A stretch of 64,000 nucleotides of DNA from NCBI GenBank assembly GCA_051294375.1, contig CM119265.1, forward strand, positions 26,576,564-26,640,563, read 5' to 3'. The notes beneath the pieces are model-generated. The model was not told the DNA's origin. It did no database searches and saw nothing but the letters and a program-made list of their open reading frames with translations. A program made the position numbers and the translations under genes. Shown here in pieces: positions 1 to 11,516 of the stretch; within the stretch, counting starts at the first letter, position 1, and each line of letters begins with the position of its first letter. The DNA is from Paraspadella gotoi (taxonomy: Eukaryota > Animalia > Chaetognatha).

Positions 1-310
1 AAAAAAAACACAAAACAACCGAAAAACAAAACAAACAAAAAACGAAAAGGAAGAAAAAAAAAGAAAAACAAAAAACGTTGTTACGCCGCAGCGAATTCCT
101 TTCGTAGTTGCATTTCCAGATGATTACATGAATACTCAACCAGCATCTTATACTCCAGCATTTATTCATGAAGTATTAACAAACAAACGCAAGTATTACT
201 CACTAAACTACACAAGTATGTACCACAAACGTTTATCTTTTTTTCCCTGTTAAGTTGTAACAAAAATGAATCAATAATGAATAATGAATAATGAATAATG
301 AATAATGAAT
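1..310. repeat. Direct copy of 9578-9887, ending in an (AATAATG)n tract
   Basis: Reads base-for-base the same as 9578-9887 and diverges at the end of the heptamer tract. Confidence 0.9.
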
Positions 311-599
311 AAAACGAAATTTTGGAACAAGAATCGGTGTCATACTATCAAATGTCTCAAACTGAAGAACTTTAAATAAAACTCAATTGTCTTTATCATA
401 TCTACTACATTGCTTTTCTTCTTTCTCGTTATCATAATCGCGCTCTCGAAATCTTTCTCATTCTATCTCTGTCCCGTCTCTTGAGTTTCATGCAACCACT
501 TGTGACGACTTTGGTCCTAGCCTCAGTACAATAAACAACAATGAGTGTTTTAAAACGTCCGGCTATGGTACATATTTTTAGTGTGTGCTTACAACTCGA

Positions 600-1075
600 A
601 GTAAGGTAAGAAATATACATTGTCGGGAGGAAACAGTTTTATTGTGTACATATGTTCCTTCGGAGGAGAAGAGAGTAAGTAATATTTAATTGCAAATACT
701 TTATCTCCTCCCTTATCCCGTCGATCATTTCATTCTTAATTTCACCCTTCCCCTCTTAAACTGCTCATGCACGCGACCACAAATGGCCATTACTGTCCCG
801 CGGATTGTATGTCGGATGAGCGAAGTTCGTGCGTTTCTTGATAGCTTTTGTGGGACAACTCTGAGCGTTTGATGCCCCAAGGAGCTGTTACTAGCCTTCC
901 ACTCTCCTTCGAGGGACTCCTCAACTCGGTCCACTCCCGTCGCCTACGCCCCGAACTCGTTCAATCCTTCGCGGTATTCTCTGCCTGATCGCTTTAATCT
1001 TTTCCCCCGATCCCATTTTAGCATTCCGCAACATTCAATATAACCTCCACCCTGGGCCCAAGTGTGGATAATGTG
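600..1075 (+). other. Error-rich mirror (inverted) copy of the 3' exons of the AsaB/CmcJ-like gene
   Basis: cacaaatggccattac (778, HKWHY), ttccactctccttcgag (897, FHSSFE) and ccaagtgtggataat (1058) match the reverse complement of ~3325, ~3215 and ~2965. Confidence 0.6.
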
Positions 1076-2949
1076 AGAACCTTCGACGATGGAGATGTAT
1101 TCGTTACGGCAGGCTTGCGGTGCAGAACCTGTAGAATGCGAGGTGGCGGACTCTCTCTCATTTCCGTGTAGATGGCTCGCCGTACCAATATATAAGGCTC
1201 TCGCGTGCTGTGGTTGGCTTGTGATAACGCGGCTGGAGGATCAAGTTAACAATTATTTACTGGCTGTAAACACATACAAGCCAATGCAAAAATTTACACA
1301 AAGCGTTAACACATATTGGAGGAATGAGACGGCTGATTTAAGGTGTAGAAGGACCAGTGTGAGTGCCTGCACGACAATTATAAAAAATGTCTGATGTGAA
1401 GACGTTTTCTCCACAGAAATATAGGAGACAGGGTAGTGTACGAGAGTTCTGAAAAACTATCCAGTATAGAGAATAGGAGAAAAGGTACACAATTCAGCTG
1501 GTTGCCGGCCGATGGTAATGTACTTCTCTTTCCTTCATAGGTGTTTCCTGATAAACCCTATCTATCCTCGTGTTTCTCGTGCAAATTGTTGGTGTTTTCT
1601 TGTATTAGTTTATAGTCTTGCACATAAAATAACAGCCGCGAAAAGCACCACAGAGATGTTTTCGTGCCACGTTAGGACTTGTGATTTATAGAACATGGAA
1701 CAATCTAAAATTTATATGTCCCGCTCAATCTCTTTTGTGCTTCTCCGCAATTGTTGTGCTATACTTACAGGGCCTTCTAATCGACTTCTTCAGCCATTAT
1801 GTTCCGAAAATTTAGAGTATTGGTTGATAGGATGTGCTAATCGAGGACGTGCGAATCAAATAGAATCAACGAGCGAAAGAGGAGATGTAGATACTGAGAT
1901 GGAGGCGTTGCTCAGGAGAAAATAATGGATGAAATAGATGATGAGAATGAATGAGACGATATAAACCAAAGAAGATCACGTGAGCCGAGGCGGGTTCGAC
2001 GGCTGCCGCTTTTCCGAAACTTCACAAAATCCTCAACGACAAATCGGTGAGTTCAACAAAAAGGAGAGAAGAGAGTTGTATGCAAAAACTCGTTACTGCT
2101 GTATCGGTGAGAGAAGAGAGAGAGAGAGAGAGTAACAGGAGTAGGCACATGGGGTGAGTGGAAAGTGAGGAGGAGAGAAGATAGAGGATCGATAATGAAA
2201 TCTGAATTTCGTTCGAGAGTAAGATGACGTGAGGGATTGTGTATCGTTGGATGAATGAGGATTAATAGACGATGAGAGAGAGCGAGAGAGAGCGAGTTTT
2301 ACTTGCTGAAATATGAATGGAATTGAAATATGAACCAACCCACAGTGAACTGAAGGTCTGAGTAATCAGAAGGGAACTGAGAAGTACTAATTCAAAAAAA
2401 ACGAAAAAAAGAACAACGAAAAAAAAACGGGCCGTTTTGATATCAGAAAGCGAAATTCAGATTCTATTAGGTTAAGACCGCCCAAACCAAGTTAATTTAC
2501 AAATTTCTGTAAAACAAATATTCATTATTCAACATTAGAATTTTGGGAAGTGGAATTTAACTACTATTTCGAACAATACTGTCGAAATTTAGGCTTACAA
2601 CATTATAAACACAGATGCGAAATTAAAAATGATGAGTAAGAGAGATTCCAGAGAAAACTCGGGAGAACACAATTGAAAACACCCGAATTGCACGACCAAA
2701 TCTTGCCAGCAAACTCCCCCCCCCGCTCAATTACCTTCCTTCAACAATTCCGCGGCATCCAGGCCGAGCAGCTTTTTTAAGTTCGACGACCTGCCAATTT
2801 AATCGCACTAACCTCCTCGCCACTTCTCACAAGCCCAGGCCACCCTCCAGACCACCACAGCCACCCCAACCGCCACCACCGCCGTGCGCAACCCCGTACT
2901 TTCGGACACCAGCCCCATCATGCCCCGACCCGCCCCCGCAATTTTTTGT

Positions 2950-3342
2950 CCAACGAATTATCCACACTTTGGCCGAGACTGAGAGAGAAGAGAGAGGGTA
3001 GAGTCGTAAGAGAGAGAGGAGAATAAGCTGGAAGTTCGGAGGACTGGTAAGGTCGGAGGGAAGAGTAAAAATCGCAAAGAGTCGTCCAAGGAACTATAAC
3101 AGAACATAGAGAACAAAAGGAGAAAAAAAGGAGCAAGAAGGGAATTGGGAGCAGAGTATCGGGCGAACAGAATTTCACAAACGCGATCGACGGAGCAGAA
3201 ATTGAGAGATCCTCGAAGGAAGAGTGCCCGAAAGCATGTAACTCCCCTTGGCGAGTCACGTTCGGTGTCCCACTGTATTTAGAAGACGAGAACTTGTCTC
3301 GCTTTCCCATCGCGGAAAAGTAATGCCATTTGTGGACGTGGA
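2950..3342 (-). CDS. 3' exons (error-rich) of CmcJ/NvfI/AsaB-like Fe(II)/2OG dioxygenase
   Basis: After a ctcag acceptor at 3343 the sequence reads HKWHYFSAMGK..(V)LVF..QWDTERDSP..CF(H)SSFED. After a ctcag acceptor at 2979 it reads SRQSVEIR. These match the family C-terminal motifs HRWYY/M..DEV..FK..DS/H.AF.D/RESIE.R. Indels are needed to read through. Confidence 0.65.
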
Positions 3343-6300
3343 CTGAGAATTTAAAAGGAAGGAAGATTAGGGTTAAACTTCCGTGAGTTAAGATGAAAAT
3401 TCGAAGGGAAGTTAGAGGGAATGGGTAAGTTTTAGAAAGGTAAAAAGATTACTATAGTCCTAATTCTCCCACTTGTCTTAACCCCTTATCAAGTCTGTAT
3501 CCGTGGCGCCTATAACAGTTCGTTCACAGAACGACAAGATGTTTAACTTCTTACCCTACTTCTCTCGTCTCTGATCTTATAACAAAAAATATCCTTCCGA
3601 CCTCCTCCTCCTAACGCCTAATACCACCGTGTGTTTTAAAGCCATCCGGGATATTGGCTTACGGTTCATGTGTGGCAATCGCTTCGAGTATTTGTGTTTG
3701 GAGAACTAGTGAAGTTTGCTCAACTGCGATTGTCAAAGAAAATTTACGTACATTATTTTTGCCCAAGGAACTTTCACGTATAATTGTTTGCCTGAGCATC
3801 CACAAATTTTGAAATAATTAATAAATATACAATAGTACTTCCTCTGAAACGAAGTTATTATTATATACCTTCTTCATACGCGTCGCTTTTATGTAATCCC
3901 TTTATCAGATCGTTTAATGATAATCCTATGCCTTTTGTACAAATCTGTCACAGAAATCACTACCGTGTCTACGTGCACGCAAGCACGCAACCACCGGAAT
4001 AACTGTTAAAAACTATACTTATGTCTATTCCTATCATGTCTTAACTCATGTCTAATAAATTGGTATCGTTTTTGTTTCATAACATCTCATAATATGTTTT
4101 TGCTACAAACTAGATTAAGTTTATACTCTTCACTTGCGATCTCTCATCCATCTATTCCCCAGTCAATAAAATAAATTCTATTCCAAGTCCACACTAGAAA
4201 ATGAAACTTCGTGCCTCTCCAACTTCTCTTACAGAAACAGATTTCCTGACAAATTCTCATTTAGTACCTCATATATCTAGTTGCGAGTTAATTTACTCTT
4301 CTACTTACACCCTGAATTACTATATTCTCGTTTCCATTCATTTTCCAATTATCTGTGAACAGTTTCTTTACTATGCCAAGTCCCCCATCCATCCATCCAT
4401 GCTGCAAATCTTCCCTCCTTACCCCGTCTCCTCGTCCCCGTGCCGCGCACTTTTCCTTCTGATACCGGTCAACGCTTCCTTTATGGAGTTGACGTACCCC
4501 TCTGTCTTCTCTCCTCAGAGCCCCATTCTGTCCTGTGACTTTCATACCTCCAGGCGCACTCCGTGCCCCAATTAGCTTGTCCTCCTCCGCCCCCACGATG
4601 TCCCGCTCAGAATCCGCGTCGAGGCGGCGACGGGATCCTGCGAGCGCGGTTCCGGGCGGCCCTCCTGTCCGTCTGCAAGTGGTTATGTCTTGACGTCACG
4701 CGTGGGCGGATGCCGCCTCTCTCCTGACTTGAGCCCTGGCGCCGATGCTACCCACTACAGCGGTATGAGAGCCGCGGCTTTTGCAATAAACGGCGAAAGG
4801 TAGCGCGGAACGAGAAGGGAAGATACGTCGCGAGAGAGAGAGAGAGAGGGAGAAGATAATAATGGCCGAAGCTGCGCTGACGGTTAGAAAGAGGGAGACC
4901 GTCAAAGTCAGGAAGAGGAGGGAGATATTCATCATTCATGTCTCGTGAAAGGAGGATGGACAGAGTACACTAAGGTTGTAACCTTGCACTCACTTCTAAA
5001 TGCCACACTTCGATTTCAAAGAACTCTAAACGAAATACGTTGATTGGGGATATCCGGAGGGTTACTGATCGGAAGATTGATATTTAAGTGATAACTAGCC
5101 AACCTCTCTCGTTTTACTTTCATTGAACTGAATTTTTTTTTAAAACACAACGTCCGTCAAAATGTCCTCGCTTTTAGATAAATCGAGTCGGAAAAGAAGA
5201 ATAATGAAAGACAAATATTTAAGGTCGTCGCACATCAGTGCACGCACAGCATAATTACACCGGTGACACATCGCACGTGATAAGACACAAAAACAAGAAC
5301 AAAGCACGATCCCGATATAAACACCAACGGAACATATACGCACTGCTATACGATTAAAGACATGCACGCCATCATATTATGAAGTCCGTCGGTATTCAGC
5401 AGATAGAGAAAACTTATCTAAGGCACTTCAACCGTTGACCTTTCTCCTCGAAGGAGAAAAGGATATCGTTAAAAGCACCCGCGTCGGGGATGAAATTGGG
5501 CTATATCTCCGACCGCGCAATCATCGGGCGTCCTCTTTGCTGTTCACCTGTTTCGATCAATATCATTAGCAAGAAAATCCACACAATGATGCGAAGTTAT
5601 TACCCAGACGGAGACAGAAAGGCTTATTAATGCGGAACACTATAAGGGGATACACATAGAATGCTGAATGGACGAAAAATCGAAATAATAAAAGGAAGAA
5701 AATATTGCGGAAAACTAATTAGCGAAAGTGGAAAGGCGCGATTACTAAAGACGGGAAATAGAAATGAAAATGTGTGAATTAAAACACCAGAGAAAATTTG
5801 GAAAATAGTTAAACACCCCAGATGGTTAAATTAAGCGAACCTATGAGAGGGGTGACACGGAAATCGCTAAGAAATATTGAGAATGGAATAAAAAAAGGCA
5901 ATCCAGGGATCCCGACAATTAAAATTTAGAAAAATGGAAATGATTATATATAGTGCAGGGAAAGCACAAATTGAAAAATGATTGAAGAGAAGACAAAGTT
6001 TATTTAAAGCCACCAAGGTTATAATGTATCCCAAATGGAGTGTGTTAAGATTTAGAAATTCGACCGATGAACTTTAGAATTGTTTTAAATGATTTGATTG
6101 CATTTTTCTCCGGACTCGATTTGAATCGTGCCTATTGATTCTGTGTTGTTTGACTCACTTTTATGAACGACTACCTAAACTTTGGGTGATTGAATGCCAT
6201 AGTTAATGGCCGGTTTGTGTCGCCCATGAGATTCAGAGCAAATTGAACTTGTAATTTTCGGGACTGATATAAATGTCGTTGTGATTGAATGTGAATTTCT

Positions 6301-8933
6301 TCACCCGGTTGATGTTGACAGCTTTGACTCCATGAAATTTGTTTGGGGTCCCTTGTTTAATTTTTTAAGATTTTTATATTTTGCTTATTTGGTGTAATGA
6401 GAAGATAGATTTTGTCATTGGCCCATAGATTATTGAAAAATTTGATTTTATCTCTTAATTAACATTTTTTAGTTTATTTGTCATTTGCCCATTTAAAGAG
6501 AAAAAAAACTGCACAACTAACCTAGAATTATCTCCACGGGATCTTCAATACTTCGGAAGTGCGTAGCATAATTGGGTCAATGGCTCTCCTTTTATGTACC
6601 AAATTTGATTTGATTATTTATTGCAATGTATTCCATTTTGTATCCAGCAAGCAATTGTTGAAATTAATTGTGTTGATAGTATGCTTTCGATTCTTTATGA
6701 GTTCCATGCGGATGCATTATTATTCCTAAGAACCGGTGAAGTCAAAGTGCAAAATGCTCCCATGGGTCAGTGTCATGGAGCATCCCCAGTTGTCTATGTA
6801 AATTTCCCATTGTAATAAGTTCGGTTCTTGCGCAGTGATCTGGCGAGATAGAAATTCGGGCCTTGTACCCTGGAAATTACTTTCTACCTCCTGTGTAAAT
6901 GATGAGGCTACGTGATGCCTCCGAAAGAAACTTGCCGGAATGTGATGAACCTGGACTCCTACGATCCGATATAGACCAGGAAGAGCCCAAGACTTCGTCT
7001 CAGAGGAGCTTCAATCTCACTAATTCCAGGTTTGGCGAGAATAGGGCACGTCATGTACTCGAAATACAATGGGTGGTGGGAGGTGACCTGAGAATAAGGG
7101 TTGTATCAAGATAAGTGTGAGAGTGAAGCGAGGCCAACCAGAGCCGAGGAGAGCACAAGAAGAAGTGAGAAAGCAGATGAGGGATAGATACTTAGACAAA
7201 GTACCTATACAGCAAAGGTATGCGAAGGAGAATCGGAGAGAAGTAAGAAAAAAATGTATAAACACAAGATAATATCCTGGCAAAGAGATGAAGAATGTAG
7301 GTTAGAGGAGGAGGGATAATGAACAGATAACGGAACGAATAGGCAAAACTTGGAAGAGAAGAAGGAAGGAGCTACAATATTTGTCAAAATCGAGAGAAGT
7401 CAACGGGAAAAGAAAAATAAATCTGAAAGGAAGAAGAAGCACGAAAATCAACGAACAGGGAGGGCAAGAAAAAAAAAACTTGAGTCGGCTTTCGGCCACA
7501 TCGAATAAAAAATGCAAAGCGAGACGAAGAGGAGGAAAGGGGAGTGAGGGGAGGAAGAGCTGAGGAGTGAGGACCGGAAGGGGAGGAAGAAGGGAAAGGC
7601 AAGAAGGAAGTAAGGAAAGAGGAGAATGAGAAGGCGGAAAGAAGGAGAAAAGAAGAAAGAAGGAAGGGAGGAGAGGAGAAAGGAAGAGGACAAGGTAAAA
7701 GAGAAGGAGCAGGAGTAGCAGGATCGAGGAAGGGGAGAAGAAACGGAGGTCGAGGAGAGAGAAGAGGGGGAAGGAGAAGGGGAGGAGGAAGGGGAAGAGG
7801 AGGGGGAGGGAGAGGATGAAGGAGAAGGGGAGGAGGACGGAGAGAGCAGAACGGGCGTCTTTGACAAATGGTTGATTTAGTCTCGTCAAGAGCAGAAAAT
7901 CTGACGCGTGAAACGCGCCGGCAAATTGCCAACAAACGCAAATCCATTCAGAGACCCCCCCCGCGTTCGTAGGGTCCGCAACGTCAAACACCCCTGGGCT
8001 TATCTAAACACGCGCCCCTTTCCACTCCCCCCTCTTCCCTCCCCCCACTTCTTCTAACGCCGCCCATGGACGCCAGAGTTTTCGAATAATTGACGTTCAT
8101 CAACTCGTCCTTGAGGATTTTAGAATCTATGTATCCATATCTCCGCCATAAATTCTTATTTGGAAGCCCATTCTGTTTATTCTTTTTTTTGCCATTCTAT
8201 TCTTGCTTTTTTTTTGCCATTCTTTTCTTCTTTTTTTTGACCAAATTCTTTATCTTCGTCTTTTCCCGTTTTGTCCATTCTTTTTTCTAAATTTCCTTTG
8301 CCATTCCTCTTTAAAGCTTTTATCATTCTTATGCCCCATTCTTTTCTTAACTTCTTTTTTTGTATTTCTTCTATCTTTTTGACTTTTCTGCCATTAATTT
8401 TCTTCTTTATTTTTTGCCATNNNNNNNNNNNNNNNNNNNNNNNNNTCTTCTTTCTTTTCGCCTTTTTTCCATTCTTTTCTTCTTTTTTTTTGCCATTATT
8501 TTCGACTTTTTGCCATTATGTTCTTCTTTTTTCGCCATCTTTCTTTTTATCTAGGGATCGACTTTTTCCAATCTTACTGCAATTTTCTTCTTTCCCAGAT
8601 TTATTTGATCTTTATTTGTGCCTTTTAATCCTCTTTCTTTTTAATCTGTTCTTCCTTTAATTCAATCTCGCGATATTTAACATAAACGACTTTAGTATGT
8701 TTACAACTCCTTTCTTTTTTGTGTTAATCTTTTACTACAAAATACTGGTTGTGAGTCTTTAGAATAACTCGGACTAAATAAAATTTAATTAAAAATATGC
8801 CACTCAAAAGCTCTCTTCAAACACCACAAGCATTGTTCTGTTCATATCTTTCCGACCAAGCAATGACCACCCACCCCGCAACGACCAAGCTTCTTTCCCC
8901 TCCCCTTAGCAAGCTTCTACCCCTTTCCCTTAC

Positions 8934-10154
8934 CAAGCTTCTTCTTGAGAAACCCTGCCATTTCGGCGTAATACTTCTCCTTGACTTTCTCGTGGTCGTA
9001 AAAGTCACGAGTGGAAAGTGAGGTCACGTGACGGAAAAGTTGAAAGGCGGAAGTGTCGAGGGTCGGAGTGGCTCNNNNNNNNNNNNNNNNNNNNNNNNNN
9101 NNNNNNNNNNNNNNNNNNNNNNNNNNNNNNNNNNNNNNNNNNNNNNNNNNNNNNNNNNNNNNNNNNNNNNNNNNNNNNNNNNNNNNNNNNNNNNNNNNNN
9201 NNNNNNNNNNNNNNNNNNNNNNNNNNNNNNNNNNNNNNNNNNNNNNNNNNNNNNNNNNNNNNNNNNNNNNNNNNNNNNNNNNNNNNNNNNNNNNNNNNNN
9301 NNNNNNNNNNNNNNNNNNNNNNNNNNNNNNNNNNNNNNNNNTTGATATAAATTTTATTTTTTTCCTTAAATACGGACGTAACAATATACATACATTAAAA
9401 ACATATTATTATTCCAAAACCTTCTTCCACCGACGATGGTAGATTTTTTCCAAACCACCTTCATTGTTCCACCCCCCCCCGGATGTCATTGGCTCCGACG
9501 TCTACGATCTCGTTACAACCGAAATTGGATGCATCGAACGAGGAAAAACTCCGCTTTTTACGAGACGCGTTAAAATAAAAAAAAACACAAAACAACCGAA
9601 AAACAAAACAAACAAAAAACGAAAAGGAAGAAAAAAAAAGAAAAACAAAAAACGTTGTTACGCCGCAGCGAATTCCTTTCGTAGTTGCATTTCCAGATGA
9701 TTACATGAATACTCAACCAGCATCTTATACTCCAGCATTTATTCATGAAGTATTAACAAACAAACGCAAGTATTACTCACTAAACTACACAAGTATGTAC
9801 CACAAACGTTTATCTTTTTTTCCCTGTTAAGTTGTAACAAAAATGAATCAATAATGAATAATGAATAATGAATAATGAATAATGAATAATAATGAATAAT
9901 GAATCAATAATAAGTTATGACGAATCAAAATGTATTATCGGAGTTAAAGGATTTTAAAACAAAAGTTGGACAGACAGACCGAGAGACATAAAGACCGACC
10001 GACCGAAAAATTGACATATTAAGTTGCAACTAAAAAAACATCGAATTTTCTCACCGAATTGATCCTCGTCCCGCATTCCTTCGGGTTTGTAGAGATACAT
10101 GTAATGGTGAGATCCATCTCGCACGTGGTAAGTCAATTTCGCTCGCACGTCCAT
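8934..10154 (-). CDS. 5' exons of CmcJ/NvfI/AsaB-like Fe(II)/2OG dioxygenase (exons 10154-10055 and >=9074-8934)
   Basis: MDVRAKLTYHVRDGSHHYMYLYKPEGMRDEDQFG|gtgag, then after an N-gap ATPTLDTSAFQLFRHVTSLSTRDFYDHEKVKEKYYAEMAGFLKKKLG|gtaag. The second part matches the family motif TLD..GF.L..H.(S/T)....DF.D...V...YY.E...LK...G. The in-frame upstream stretch is basic and acid-free, like a mitochondrial presequence, so the true start may lie further upstream. Confidence 0.75.
9578..9887. repeat. Intronic copy of the 310-bp repeat at the window start
   Basis: Identical to 1-310. Confidence 0.9.
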
Positions 10155-10708
10155 CTGGGTGAGTTTTATGGGTTTTCTATACGGAGTTTGTGGTGATCGT
10201 GTGAGAAAGTTTCGTTTGTTTCTCACAAAAAGTGGAAGGAAGTTACGAAAGGCGGAAGAGGAAAAAAACAAGGGGGGGGAGTAATTTCGTAAGGATCGAA
10301 AAAGAGGAGGAGGAGGAGGAGGAGCAGGAGGAGGAGGAGGATGANNNNNNNNNNNNNNNNNNNNNNNNNNNNNNNNNNNNNNNNNNNNNNNNNNNNNNNN
10401 NNNNNNNNNNNNNNNNNNNNNNNNNNNNNNNNNNNNNNNNNNNNNNNNNNNNNNNNNNNNNNNNNNNNNNNNNNNNNNNNNNNNNNNNNNNNNNNNNNTC
10501 TATTGCTCTATTGATTAATGACGACGACGACCGAGATTGAGAATACATCGATAAAAAAAATCTAAAAATAGAATATTATAAAAAAAAGAAACTGTGATTG
10601 TTTCGACGAGAGAAATGAAAAACAAATATAAACAAAGGAACAGCGTTATTTGTTCAAACAACGAACGATGTTGATTTTTCAAAAAAGATATTTGTATCTT
10701 CCGACTAG

Positions 10709-11425
10709 GAATCCTAGCAACGACGTAAACAAATTGTAAGTAGATTTTATTTACTCACGAGTATAAAGTTAAATAAAATGTGGAGTGTCTTTTGTTTAAT
10801 TTTTTCAAGGATCGACGTAAACGATCGAGTGGACGAAAACGAAATCGAATATCGAGAAGAAAAAAAAGAGCATCGAAATTCCGAAGTATAAAATTGAATC
10901 AAGGATGAAAAATTGAGTAAAAGGAAAGGAAAGACGGTTGAGAAGGGGAAAGAACGTGTCTTGGGTTTTGTAATCTCTCTCTCTCTCTCGTCCTCTCTCC
11001 TCTCGTCTCTCTCTCTCTCTCTCTCTCTCTCTGCTTTGCCAAAGGTGGTCGTGAATTATCTCGAATCAAATCCATTACGTCGAATCTGCTCGTGTGATCG
11101 AGTTGAGAATCTCGTCCCATGACGTCAAGTTTCGTCTCTTCATTGAGTTGAGAATCTGTCTCTGACTTCGAGTTCCTTCTGATGAGAGGGTTGACCTCGT
11201 AAATGAGCGAAAATGCTACGGAGTAAGAATTATTCTTGAAACTTTAAGGTTAAAAGTAATTGAAGATCTTTTTTTGAATCTAGAGCATATTACAAGTATT
11301 GCTTCAACAATTTTGCGTTAACAAATGTAACGCTTTTCAAACGTTGTGAGCGAAACTTGTTTTTGTGTCCATTATTGACATCAAGGGAAACTACGACATT
11401 CATTTAAAAGTTCCATTAGATTCTG

Positions 11426-11516
<91 letters not shown>

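Noticed and set aside
7302-8660. Long Leu/Phe/Ser/Pro-rich ORFs that look like membrane proteins
   Set aside because: They are translations of purine/pyrimidine low-complexity tracts and ttttgccatt repeats.
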